This document shows positions 31,056-41,048 of a stretch of 64,000 nt of DNA, one piece after another (positions within the stretch are counted from its first letter, which is position 1; every line of letters starts with the position of its first letter). This DNA comes from Anaerohalosphaeraceae bacterium (lineage in GTDB: Bacteria; Planctomycetota; Phycisphaerae; Sedimentisphaerales; Anaerohalosphaeraceae). The position numbers and the translations under genes were made by a program. Location: positions 128,001 to 192,000 of the forward strand of contig CAXXSL010000011.1 of the NCBI GenBank assembly GCA_963675525.2. Direction: 5' to 3'. The notes below the pieces were generated by a model. It ran no database searches and was not told where the DNA came from. It was given only the letters and a program-made list of their open reading frames with translations.

Positions 31056-31982
31056 ATGGCAGAAAGTCTTCAATACCTCATAGACAGTCTTTCCGTTTCG
31101 CCGAAATCCGAGCGGCGCCAACTCCATTTGAGCCATCCGGACGCAAAAGTGCTTAAAGAAAAGGACATTGTCATGGCCGCCTTGTGCGTTCTGAGAGAAA
31201 AATGCGAAATTTCCCGCAATGATCCGGGGGACCATGCGTTGATTTTCTCGCTGGAAGGGGAAGCAACGCTCTATATTTCCGATTCTCCACGAAAACGGAT
31301 TCCCATCAAGCCGGGGCACTTGGTTATCTTGCCCGCCCACAATCGGCACAAATATGTCATGGAAGGCAAAGAATGGAAAGTGATTCTGTTTTATCTTGCG
31401 GATACGTATTCATGGCGGCTCATCCGTGACAGCAAACCGCACGTGCGGCTTGCTCTGGCCCAAAACGAACTCAAAGCCGCTCTGGAAGGCTTCCTATCCG
31501 AGACCCTTCGCAATGAAAAACGCTCAAGCCAGGCCATTCAACATTACTCAGAATTGATCCTTCTGAACCTTGACCGTGAACTTGACATGGAAGAATCCAA
31601 CAGCAGTCAGGAGATGAAGCACCATCTCTATCAACTCTGGGGCAGTGTCAGCGCCGATCTTGCTCATAACTGGACGGTATCGGAGATGGCCGGCAAAATC
31701 GGAATCTCGTCTCAGCACTTTTATAAGGTCAGTGCCCGCTACTGCGGCTATAAACCGGTCGAAATGGTCGCACGCTTAAGAATGCAGCAGGCCCAGGAAT
31801 ACCTGATTGGCACTGATTATATGGTCAAGTCGATTGCCCGACTGGTGGGCTACTCGGACTCCTTCGGCTTTTCAGCAGCATTTAAGCGACACACCGGATG
31901 CAGCCCCAAGCAGTTTCGCGAAAAATATCATCAGCAATGTGCCCAAAAACATAAACAGGAAAACGAAGACGGCTGGTATTAA
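31056..31982 (+). CDS. AraC-family transcriptional regulator
   Basis: WTVSEMA..RMQQAQEYL..VKSIARLVGYSDSFGFSAAFKRHTGCSPKQFR. Confidence 0.95.
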   Translation: MAESLQYLIDSLSVSPKSERRQLHLSHPDAKVLKEKDIVMAALCVLREKCEISRNDPGDHALIFSLEGEATLYISDSPRKRIPIKPGHLVILPAHNRHKYVMEGKEWKVILFYLADTYSWRLIRDSKPHVRLALAQNELKAALEGFLSETLRNEKRSSQAIQHYSELILLNLDRELDMEESNSSQEMKHHLYQLWGSVSADLAHNWTVSEMAGKIGISSQHFYKVSARYCGYKPVEMVARLRMQQAQEYLIGTDYMVKSIARLVGYSDSFGFSAAFKRHTGCSPKQFREKYHQQCAQKHKQENEDGWY

Positions 31983-32008
31983 TTTCCCACTAATTGGAAG
32001 AGAAACGT

Positions 32009-34012
32009 ATGAAATTATTAAACTTAATTCTCACAGGTATTGTTTTATTATTCATTGAAAACGGATGCGCCCGAACACTCACGTATGTTGATCTTGTTGA
32101 ACAACTAACGGACCTGGAACATCTGTCTTCCCTGCCGGAACCCGGTGAGGTCTGTCGGCAGTGGTCCAGTTATGACCGTTCCAGCCGATACGACGAAAAA
32201 ACCGGCACGTATGTGAACTGGGACGCAAATAGTGACGGCTTCGGCGGCAAAGGCTGGATTCGCAAGGAAAAAGGCAAGCTGGTGCTTGCTGAGATGGAGG
32301 GGCCGGGATGTATCTGGCGCATCTTTTCAGCAACCCCACAAGACGGGCACGTACGGATTTATCTGGATGGGCAATCTGAACCGGCAGTTGATTTACCCTT
32401 TGTGGATTATTTCAATAAAACCGTCAAGCCATTTGACCGACCAGCGCTGGTACACCTTCTGGCCAGCGGAAAAAACAACTACACGCCGATCCCCTTTCAG
32501 AAATCCTGTAAAATCGTCGCCGATAAAGACTACGGTGAATTTCACCATTTCACCTATACCCTGTTTCCAAAAGGAACGACGGTGCCGACCTTTTCGATGA
32601 ATCTCACTGAGGTTGAATCCCAGGCACTGGATAAAGCCAACGCCTCTCTGTCTGATTGCGGGCCGCAGTCAGCCATGACTTCTCCGGACCAGCGAACAGA
32701 AACTTTCGATCTGTTTCTATCCGCCGGGCAAAAAGAAGCATTTGAAATCACCGGACAACGCGCGATTACCTCTGTTATCGTAAAAGCCCAACTGCCGGAG
32801 GATGTCGATCTGCAACGAAAAATACTGAGGGAAATTTCCATACAGGCTTATTGGGATAATGAACAAACCCCCAGCATCTGGAGCCCGCTGGGCGACTTCT
32901 TCGGCACGGGGCCGGGAATGAATCTGTACAAGTCCCTGCCTTTGGGGATGACCCAACAGGGTTTTTATTCCAACTGGTACATGCCGTTTGAAAACCATGC
33001 AAAACTGGAAATCGTTAATGAAGGCCAGCAGACCCAAACCATTTCCGTTACGATGACCCACGCACCCCATTCAATGCCCGCCGGCTCGTATGGTAAATTC
33101 CACGCCAAGTGGCATCGCGATGTGTTTTTACCCACGGAAGCCGAGCGATGGATTGACTGGACCATGCTGAAAACCACCGGCCAGGGACGCTTTTGCGGGG
33201 TTCAACTGCAAATCTGGAATCCCCGCGGCGGTTGGTGGGGCGAAGGCGATGAAAAGTTCTTTGTGGACGGCGAAAAATTCCCTTCGACGTATGGGACGGG
33301 CTCTGAAGATTATTTCGGATACGCCTGGAGTGACGGGACGCTGTTTGAAAACAGCTTCCACAATCAGACAATCAGTGAAGGTAACAAAGGACATATTTCC
33401 GTCAACCGGTGGCATATTACCGATAATGTTCCGTTCCAGAGTTCCTTTGAAGGAACGATTGAAAAATATTGGGCTAATGAACGCCCGACGCAGTACGCCT
33501 GTGTCGCCTATTGGTATCAGGCCGGAGGCAAGGATCTTTATGAATCGGTTCCGGTAAGTGACCGTGTAGATTATTACACCCAATTGACCTATCCGCTGGA
33601 CATCGCCGGAATGCTTGTACTCGAAAAACCCGAAGGACAGTTGGAATCGCAAGGGATGGGCTGGATTACCACCGATAAATGGAGAAACGGCGAACAACTT
33701 TGGTGGATTGGACAACCCGGAAAAAAGCTTAACATCGCCATTGATACCGAAAAGAAAAACAACTATCGCATCTCGACACGTCTGACAAAAGCGGCCGACT
33801 ATGGCATAATCCAGTTTTACCTGGATGGACAGAAAGTACTTGAACCGATGGACCTCTACCATCCGGACAGCGTTATTGCCACAAAGGAGATCGAACTGGG
33901 CAATTTCGATTTGGATAAAGGCCGCCACATTCTCACCGTGGAAGTTGTCGGCAGCAATCCAAAAGCAATTCAGCGTTACATGGTCGGAATTGACTATGTG
34001 GATGTTAAATAA
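32009..34012 (+). CDS. Long DUF2961 / GH172-family glycoside hydrolase with C-terminal CBM-like domain
   Basis: WSSYDR, GPGCIWRIF, WWGEGDEK, GTGSEDYF, NRWH; ORF track start 31994. Confidence 0.87.
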   Translation: MKLLNLILTGIVLLFIENGCARTLTYVDLVEQLTDLEHLSSLPEPGEVCRQWSSYDRSSRYDEKTGTYVNWDANSDGFGGKGWIRKEKGKLVLAEMEGPGCIWRIFSATPQDGHVRIYLDGQSEPAVDLPFVDYFNKTVKPFDRPALVHLLASGKNNYTPIPFQKSCKIVADKDYGEFHHFTYTLFPKGTTVPTFSMNLTEVESQALDKANASLSDCGPQSAMTSPDQRTETFDLFLSAGQKEAFEITGQRAITSVIVKAQLPEDVDLQRKILREISIQAYWDNEQTPSIWSPLGDFFGTGPGMNLYKSLPLGMTQQGFYSNWYMPFENHAKLEIVNEGQQTQTISVTMTHAPHSMPAGSYGKFHAKWHRDVFLPTEAERWIDWTMLKTTGQGRFCGVQLQIWNPRGGWWGEGDEKFFVDGEKFPSTYGTGSEDYFGYAWSDGTLFENSFHNQTISEGNKGHISVNRWHITDNVPFQSSFEGTIEKYWANERPTQYACVAYWYQAGGKDLYESVPVSDRVDYYTQLTYPLDIAGMLVLEKPEGQLESQGMGWITTDKWRNGEQLWWIGQPGKKLNIAIDTEKKNNYRISTRLTKAADYGIIQFYLDGQKVLEPMDLYHPDSVIATKEIELGNFDLDKGRHILTVEVVGSNPKAIQRYMVGIDYVDVK

Positions 34013-34043
34013 CAGGACAGCACGTCTATAAAGGATTTAAATA

Positions 34044-36629
34044 ATGATGGCAAGTAAGCTGAAACATTGTTGCTTTATATTTTTATTCATCTCCATATTG
34101 ACTGCCCTCGCTTCAAACGAGGCCGTTAAAAGCGGAGAATTCAAAAAAATCTATGACCCCGGCGTTGGTGAAAAAAGCAACTGGTATATCAATGACCACT
34201 GTTTTATTCGTGCCAAAGACGGGACATGGCATTTGTTCGGCATCACGCATCCGGAACCTTTGGATCCGATGGATGAAGACAACCTGGCCCATGCAACCGC
34301 AGATTCGCTGACACAATGCCCGTGGCAGAAGCAGGAGTTCGCCTTAAGTGTCGATGCAGCCTGGAACGAAGTGCATTTATGGGCGCCCTATGTCATCGAA
34401 CACGACGGCACGTATTATATGTATTACTGCGCCGGTGACCCTGACAATTCAAAATACAAAATTAATCTGGCAACCTCAAAAGACCTTTATAACTGGGTTC
34501 GCCATCCTGAAAATCCCCTCATCGTGGATGGCTATGATGCACGGGACCCCTATATCTTAAAAGTCGATGATACATGGGTCATGTATTACACCGCAACCTC
34601 AGAACCCAAAAAAGGTAAACATATCGTCGCCTGCCAAACCAGTAATGACCTCGTGCACTGGTCCAACCGGCAAACCGTTTTTACCGACCCTTCCGTCGGA
34701 ACCTGGGGCGGGCCGACCGAGTCCCCCACCGTCATTCGAAGGGGAAAAATATATTACCTGTTTATCGGCCCGCGGGATGATTATCGCGGCACCTGTGTCT
34801 ATAAAAGCACCGATCCTTTTCATTGGGACATCAAAGACTTAGCCGGACAGATTAAGTCCCATGCCGCCGAAGTCATCAGGGACAGCAAGGGCAAGTGGTA
34901 TGTCAGCCATTGCGGATGGGGACAGGGCGGCGTGTATCTGGCCCCGCTATACTGGAATGACGGACTGGATGACGCAGACACTTCATTGAAACCCGGCAAC
35001 GGCGTCACCCTGCCGGAAAAAATCGTAACACCCGAAACCGGCCGCCTTCCCATGACGGACTATCGGGACAAAATGATGGCCGGATGGCTGGGACAAATGG
35101 TCGGCGTTACATGGGGATTTCCGGTTGAGTTTAAATACCTGGGACAAATGATACCGGAAAAAAATGTGCCCCAATGGAAACCGGAAATGATTAACCACGC
35201 ATTTGAGCAGGACGATTTGTATGTGGAAATGACGTTCCTGAGAACATTGCAGCAATATGGATTTGATGTATCAAGCCGGCAGGCGGGAATTGATTTTGCA
35301 AATTCCTTGTACCCGCTCTGGCACGCAAACGATTCAGGGCGCATCAATCTCCGGCAGGGAATCGCCCCGCCCGATTCCGGGCATCCCAAATACAATCCGC
35401 ACGCGGACGACATTGATTACCAGATTGAAGCGGACTTTGCCGGACTCATCAGTCCTGCAATGGGCAATCACGCCGTCATGCTGGGCAATAAATTCGGACG
35501 AATCGTCAATTACGGTGACGGCCTGTACGGCGGCCAGTTTGTCGCGGCTATGTACAGCATTGCGTTTATCGAAACTGAACCTGAAAAAATTATTACACAA
35601 GCGTTAAATTACATCCCCGCGGAAAGCCAGTACGCCGAAGCCATCCGGGATGTACTCAAATGGCACCGAGAATATCCCGGGGACTGGACAACAACATGGG
35701 AAAAGATTGACCAAAAATATCAACTCAATCCGGACTATCGAAAGTTCAGTTGTGACAAAGGAAAATTCAATATCGACGCTAAGATTAACGGCGCTTATAT
35801 CGTCATGGGATTGTTGTACGGAGACAAGGATATCGAAAAAACAATCCAAATTTCCATGCGATGCGGACAGGATGCCGACTGTAATCCATCGAACGCTGCA
35901 GGGATCCTATTTACAACAAAAGGATTGGCCGGATTGCCCGCCCAATATAAAGCGTTTGACCCGACACAGAAATTTATTCATACGCCTTATGACCTGCCGA
36001 ATTTGTTTGATGCTTGCGAATCATTGGCTCGGTTGGCGGTTTATCGCGCCGGGGGCCGAACTGAATCGGATGGGGCCGGAAAAGAAGTTTTAATCATTCC
36101 AAAACAAAAAGCAAAACCGAACCAGCTACAACAATCATCCAAACCCGGACCGGTTGCAAGAAGCCATTACACGCGAGAAGAAATGGCAAAAATAAAAGAC
36201 GGACTCCAGATAGCTAGCGGCCCCGTCGCACCGGGTTGGACCATCAAAAACTGCGGAGCAGAGATGTCGCCGGGCTATTACAAAAAATTCGCGGGCAAAA
36301 CAGATATCCTTGTCACACATCCGCTTGACAAAACCACCGGTTGCTCGCTGAGCAAACAACTCCAGATTCCCGAAGAAGGCGACACCACCCTGCAACTGTC
36401 CGTGGGCCGCCATCCCGAAGGCGACTGGACACTCATCGTAAAAGCAAACGGAAAAGAAATTCTCAAAAAAGACGTCGATGCCAAAAATGCGCCGGATGGA
36501 TTCATGGATGTAACCGTTGACCTGTCAGACTACGCCAATCAGACAATCAATCTCGAATTGATTAACCAGCCCAATGGATGGGCCTGGGAAGGCGCATACT
36601 GGGACCGTATTGGAGTCGTAACAAAATAA
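34044..36629 (+). CDS. Fusion of a GH32/GH43-like beta-propeller, an ADP-ribosylglycohydrolase-fold domain and a C-terminal beta domain
   Basis: Signal peptide; INDH, WAP, ARDP, TESP; then YRDKMMAGWLGQMVG, QDDLYVE, DYQIEADF, GQDADCN. Confidence 0.82.
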   Translation: MMASKLKHCCFIFLFISILTALASNEAVKSGEFKKIYDPGVGEKSNWYINDHCFIRAKDGTWHLFGITHPEPLDPMDEDNLAHATADSLTQCPWQKQEFALSVDAAWNEVHLWAPYVIEHDGTYYMYYCAGDPDNSKYKINLATSKDLYNWVRHPENPLIVDGYDARDPYILKVDDTWVMYYTATSEPKKGKHIVACQTSNDLVHWSNRQTVFTDPSVGTWGGPTESPTVIRRGKIYYLFIGPRDDYRGTCVYKSTDPFHWDIKDLAGQIKSHAAEVIRDSKGKWYVSHCGWGQGGVYLAPLYWNDGLDDADTSLKPGNGVTLPEKIVTPETGRLPMTDYRDKMMAGWLGQMVGVTWGFPVEFKYLGQMIPEKNVPQWKPEMINHAFEQDDLYVEMTFLRTLQQYGFDVSSRQAGIDFANSLYPLWHANDSGRINLRQGIAPPDSGHPKYNPHADDIDYQIEADFAGLISPAMGNHAVMLGNKFGRIVNYGDGLYGGQFVAAMYSIAFIETEPEKIITQALNYIPAESQYAEAIRDVLKWHREYPGDWTTTWEKIDQKYQLNPDYRKFSCDKGKFNIDAKINGAYIVMGLLYGDKDIEKTIQISMRCGQDADCNPSNAAGILFTTKGLAGLPAQYKAFDPTQKFIHTPYDLPNLFDACESLARLAVYRAGGRTESDGAGKEVLIIPKQKAKPNQLQQSSKPGPVARSHYTREEMAKIKDGLQIASGPVAPGWTIKNCGAEMSPGYYKKFAGKTDILVTHPLDKTTGCSLSKQLQIPEEGDTTLQLSVGRHPEGDWTLIVKANGKEILKKDVDAKNAPDGFMDVTVDLSDYANQTINLELINQPNGWAWEGAYWDRIGVVTK

Positions 36630-36659
36630 CATTGTAACCACGTTAAAGAGGTACATTAA

Positions 36660-38045
36660 ATGGAAGAAGAACAACAATCAACTAAGTGCGGCCAAAAAGT
36701 GATTTTCATAAAAGAAAAGTTTGGATATGCGGCCGGGGATACGGCTTCCTGCTTATTTTATTCCACGATCTCGATGTTTATGACCATCTTCTATACTGAC
36801 ACCTTCGGTATCTCGGCTGCCGCTGTAGGTACCATGTTCTTAGTCACGCGTATATGGGACACATTCAACGATCCCATGATGGGAATTATTGCAGACCGAA
36901 CTCAGTCTCGATATGGGAAATTTCGTCCCTGGCTGCTATGGATGGCCTTACCTTATGCTGTTATTGGTGTGATGGCTTTTACGACTCCCAATTTCAGTAT
37001 GACCGGAAAACTTGTTTATGCCTATATTACCTACACCTTGCTCACAATGGTTTATACCGCTGTTAATATTCCCTATGGTGCTCTTTTGGGGGTGATATCA
37101 CCCAATTCCGATGAACGTACCGCACTTTCATCATGGCGGTTCATTGGCGCCTTTTCTGGAAATCTGTTTGTTCAGGGAACCCTCCTCTATTTGGTCAGTT
37201 TTTTGGGGAAAGGCAACAATCAACGCGGATACCAACTGGCTGTGGGGATTTTCGGCATTCTAGCAGCGGGCCTGTTTCTTTTTACATTTTTCTCTACTAA
37301 GGAGCGTATTCAGCCGCTTAAACAGAAATCTAACGTTCGACAGGATGCCTTTGACCTGATCCGAAACCGCCCCTGGTTGATCCTGGGATTCATGAGCATT
37401 ATAACCCTGATCTGGGTATCCCTTCGCGGTACGGCCATGATGTATTACTTTAAGTATTATATTGGCAAGGAGTCTCTGGCCTCTCCGTTTATGGTTACCG
37501 GGACCGTTATTACCATTCTCGGTGTGATATCAACGACCAAAATGACACAATTTTTTGGAAGCAAGAAACGTACATATATTATCGTTAGTTTGATCAATGC
37601 CTTATGCCTGGCGGTTTTTTACTTCGCCGGTCCCGATAATTTTGTTTTAATCTACGCGACACATATTGTTGCATCTTTCTTTACCGGTCCTATATTCCCC
37701 ATGACGTGGTCCATGTACGCAGACACAGCCGATTATTCCGAATGGCGATTTGGAAGGCGTGCGACAGGCCTGATCTTCTCAGCGGGTACATTTTCGCAGA
37801 AAATGGGGTGGACCATCGGTGGCACCGTTGCAGCCTGGGTTCTGGCCTGGATCGGATTCAAGGCGAATGTCGACCAGACCGACAGGGCTTTAAATGGAAT
37901 CAAAATGATGATGAGCATCTTACCTGCCGTCGGCTCTATTCTCGCAGCCGGTGCGTCTTTGTTTTATAATCTTGATGCCAGGAAGATGCAGCAAATAGGA
38001 CAGGATTTGGTGGCCAGAAAACAGAACGCTGCCTCATCAGAATAA
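36660..38045 (+). CDS. GPH-family (MelB-like) MFS sugar transporter
   Basis: KEKFGYAAGD, RIWDTFNDPMMG, GKFRPW, NIPYGAL, ADTADYSEW. Confidence 0.94.
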   Translation: MEEEQQSTKCGQKVIFIKEKFGYAAGDTASCLFYSTISMFMTIFYTDTFGISAAAVGTMFLVTRIWDTFNDPMMGIIADRTQSRYGKFRPWLLWMALPYAVIGVMAFTTPNFSMTGKLVYAYITYTLLTMVYTAVNIPYGALLGVISPNSDERTALSSWRFIGAFSGNLFVQGTLLYLVSFLGKGNNQRGYQLAVGIFGILAAGLFLFTFFSTKERIQPLKQKSNVRQDAFDLIRNRPWLILGFMSIITLIWVSLRGTAMMYYFKYYIGKESLASPFMVTGTVITILGVISTTKMTQFFGSKKRTYIIVSLINALCLAVFYFAGPDNFVLIYATHIVASFFTGPIFPMTWSMYADTADYSEWRFGRRATGLIFSAGTFSQKMGWTIGGTVAAWVLAWIGFKANVDQTDRALNGIKMMMSILPAVGSILAAGASLFYNLDARKMQQIGQDLVARKQNAASSE

Positions 38046-38060
38046 TGGAGAAACAGCCTT

Positions 38061-39050
38061 ATGAGTAATACGATTATTGGAAACAAATTGCCCACGATCC
38101 CCTGGCAAGACAAACCTTCCGGGTGTGATTTTCCTATGTGGCGATATAGTAAAAACCCTATCATTGATTGGAATCCTATTCCACGTGTAGCTCGTATATT
38201 TAATAGTGCGGTCATGGCCGTAGATGACCGATATGTAGGAGTTTTTCGCGCCGATTACCGTAACGGACGTCCCCAACTGCATTTGGGAACGAGTAACGAC
38301 GCGCTGAATTGGGATATCGAACATGAGATGATCCCCTGGCAGGATGAATCCGGCCAACCCGTGCAAAACAGTTTTGCCTACGATCCACGTATCGTAAAGA
38401 TCGACGATACCGTTTATATCACCTGGTGTGACGATTTCCCCGGAGCTTCAATCGGCTTGGGACGAACCCAGGATTTCAAGATTTTTGTGAAGATGGATAA
38501 CCCGCTTATGCCCTTCAATCGCAACGGCGTTCTTTTTCCGCGCAAGGTCAAGGGCGAGTACTTACTCCTAAGTCGTCCAAGTGACAATGGACATACGCCT
38601 TTAGGCGACATCTTTCTATCCCACAGTATGGATATGATTTACTGGGGAAAACACAGCATCGTCATGACAAAAGGTGGGCAGGGCTGGTGGCAAGGAACCA
38701 AAATCGGCGCAGGACCTATCCCGATTGAAACCCGCCAGGGATGGCTGCTCTTTTATCATGGTGTATCCTGGACCTGCAACGGCTATGTCTATAGCATTGG
38801 CGCCGCCTTATTGGACCTGGACGACCCGAGCCAAGTCATTTACCGCACCCGAGACTACCTCCTGACTGCAGAACGTCCATACGAAACCGCAGGATTTGTG
38901 CCGAATGTGTGCTTCCCCTGTGCTGCGCTGTGCGATTCCGCCACAGGCCGTATTGCGCTGTACTACGGTGCGGCAGATACATATACCGCTGTGGCCTTTT
39001 GCCAAATTGATGAATTGCTTGATTATATGAAAGCCAACTCGGAAGTATAG
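38061..39050 (+). CDS. GH130 beta-1,4-mannooligosaccharide phosphorylase
   Basis: WRYSKNPII, IFNSAV, YDPR, NRNGVLFPRK, SRPSDNGHTP, VPNVCFP. Confidence 0.93.
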   Translation: MSNTIIGNKLPTIPWQDKPSGCDFPMWRYSKNPIIDWNPIPRVARIFNSAVMAVDDRYVGVFRADYRNGRPQLHLGTSNDALNWDIEHEMIPWQDESGQPVQNSFAYDPRIVKIDDTVYITWCDDFPGASIGLGRTQDFKIFVKMDNPLMPFNRNGVLFPRKVKGEYLLLSRPSDNGHTPLGDIFLSHSMDMIYWGKHSIVMTKGGQGWWQGTKIGAGPIPIETRQGWLLFYHGVSWTCNGYVYSIGAALLDLDDPSQVIYRTRDYLLTAERPYETAGFVPNVCFPCAALCDSATGRIALYYGAADTYTAVAFCQIDELLDYMKANSEV

Positions 39051-41023
39051 TGATGGGGATATTGAACAGCAAAAAATCATATATCTTAAAAGGCAAAATT
39101 TTCCTGTTAATCCAGTTTGCTCTGTCTGGCCATCTGACGGACTCTGAGCCGAATCGGATTCTGTGGAACAACCAAAAACTGTTTCTAAACGGTGCGAATG
39201 TTGCCTATATTAACTTCGCACGTGATATCGGCCCCGGCAAGACTTACTTTGACCAATTTGAGACAATGTTTCAGCAGGTTCATGAAGCGGGCGGCAACTG
39301 CATGCGGCTCTGGTTGCATACGAATGGCGTGAATACCCCAGCATTTGGAGAAACGGGACATGTTGTCGGCCCCGGCGAAGATGCAATTGAAGATATACGA
39401 AAAATTTTGGATCTGGCATGTGAAAACGAACTGGGTTTGATAGTATGCCTGTGGTCCTTTGATATGCTTCGTTGGGAACTTGACGATGAGATACGCCAAA
39501 GGAACAAATGCCTGCTCACCGAAACCGAATATACCCAAGCCTATATCGATCATGCGCTGGAGCCCATGGTTAAGGCCCTGAAGGGACATCCGGGATTATT
39601 AGCATGGGAGATATTCAATGAACCCGAAGGCATGACGGATGAATTTGGGTGGAAGCATTGTGATCGCGTGAAAATGCAGGACATTCAGCGCATTGTCAAC
39701 CAATGTGCCGGTTCAATCCGACGCTTGGATCCGAAGGTGTTAATCACAAACGGTGCCTGGAACGTGAGATCCACTGTAGATGTGGATGGTTGCACAAACT
39801 ACTATTCAGACAAAGCGCTGATTGCGGCTGGTCATGATCCGGATGGGATTTTAGATTTTTACAGCCTTCACTATTATGATTGGGCGGGGAAGGACCATTC
39901 GCTATTCAGAAAGCCGGCTTCGTTTTGGCAACTTGACAAACCCTTGGTTTGTGCCGAGTTCGAAATGACAGAATCCTTTGGTGTTGCGGCTTTCGATAAA
40001 CATATCAGGCTCTATGAAAACGGCTATGCCGGGGCATTGGGTTATGCATGGGGGCCGGTCGATCATTTCAGTGCTCCGGCTATATTGGGTCAGGGGATGA
40101 TGCGTGTTTTTAATACAGACAAAGAAGCAGTCAAACTTAATATGAAAACCGGCTTTCTGACACGGTTTGCGGCGGACCCCCAAACGATTGAAGCGGGACA
40201 ATGCAGCAAACTGATCTGGCGTGCAACCCCGGGGTCAAAAGTATCGTTGAATGGACAATTGTTTTCGGAAATGGGTTCCCTGTCCGTTAAACCAACAACC
40301 ACGACTGTCTATACGATTACGACAGCAGACTTGCAGGATAGTCGGCAGACAGAAGTAAAGGTTTTGCCCTCCGGCATGATAAAAATGTTTACGGCGGACG
40401 TCTTACGTATCGAGCCCGGAGACACTGTCAACTTGTCCTGGAACACAACAAGCGGTTCTCAAGTGACACTCAACAGCCAGGCAGTCTCTAAAGACGGGAC
40501 GCTTCAGGTTCATCCCGACAAATCGGCAGAGTACATACTATCGGCCAAGGGCAAGCAGAACGAGAATCGGACGATCAGGATCGAGGTAGCAGAACCTGCG
40601 ACCATCAATCGCGCCCTCAATAAACCTGTAACAGTATCATCATCGGACATTCGCCCGGGCACTGACAAGCCAGCATTTCTCAATGACGCCGACGCCGCCA
40701 CACGCTGGGCCAGCAAATATGCGCCCGACCAGTGGGTTGTCATTGATTTAGGGAAGACATTTGACATCAAACGAGTTATTCTCAACTGGGAGCTTGCCAG
40801 CGGCAGGAAATACAAAGTGCAGCTTTCGGATAATGCCTCGGTATGGACAGACATTTACGAAACGACAGAAGGTGACGGTGGCATTGACACTCTGAACGGT
40901 CTGCAGGGATCGGGGCGTTTTATACGACTGCTTCTGACAGAGAGGAACACGAAATACGGGTATTCGCTTTGGGAAATTGAAGTCTATGGTGAACCATCGA
41001 CGCACGGATCGGAATCGCAATAA
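39050..41023 (+). CDS. GH5 (beta-mannanase-like) + Ig-like repeats + F5/8 type C (CBM32) domain
   Basis: FLNGAN, MRLWLH, LWSFD, WEIFNEPEG, SLHYYDW, AEF; ALNKPVTVSS..TRWAS..YGYSLWEIEVYG; start uncertain. Confidence 0.87.
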   Translation: MMGILNSKKSYILKGKIFLLIQFALSGHLTDSEPNRILWNNQKLFLNGANVAYINFARDIGPGKTYFDQFETMFQQVHEAGGNCMRLWLHTNGVNTPAFGETGHVVGPGEDAIEDIRKILDLACENELGLIVCLWSFDMLRWELDDEIRQRNKCLLTETEYTQAYIDHALEPMVKALKGHPGLLAWEIFNEPEGMTDEFGWKHCDRVKMQDIQRIVNQCAGSIRRLDPKVLITNGAWNVRSTVDVDGCTNYYSDKALIAAGHDPDGILDFYSLHYYDWAGKDHSLFRKPASFWQLDKPLVCAEFEMTESFGVAAFDKHIRLYENGYAGALGYAWGPVDHFSAPAILGQGMMRVFNTDKEAVKLNMKTGFLTRFAADPQTIEAGQCSKLIWRATPGSKVSLNGQLFSEMGSLSVKPTTTTVYTITTADLQDSRQTEVKVLPSGMIKMFTADVLRIEPGDTVNLSWNTTSGSQVTLNSQAVSKDGTLQVHPDKSAEYILSAKGKQNENRTIRIEVAEPATINRALNKPVTVSSSDIRPGTDKPAFLNDADAATRWASKYAPDQWVVIDLGKTFDIKRVILNWELASGRKYKVQLSDNASVWTDIYETTEGDGGIDTLNGLQGSGRFIRLLLTERNTKYGYSLWEIEVYGEPSTHGSESQ

Positions 41024-41048
41024 CATAAGTTCTTAAAGGAAATCAGTT

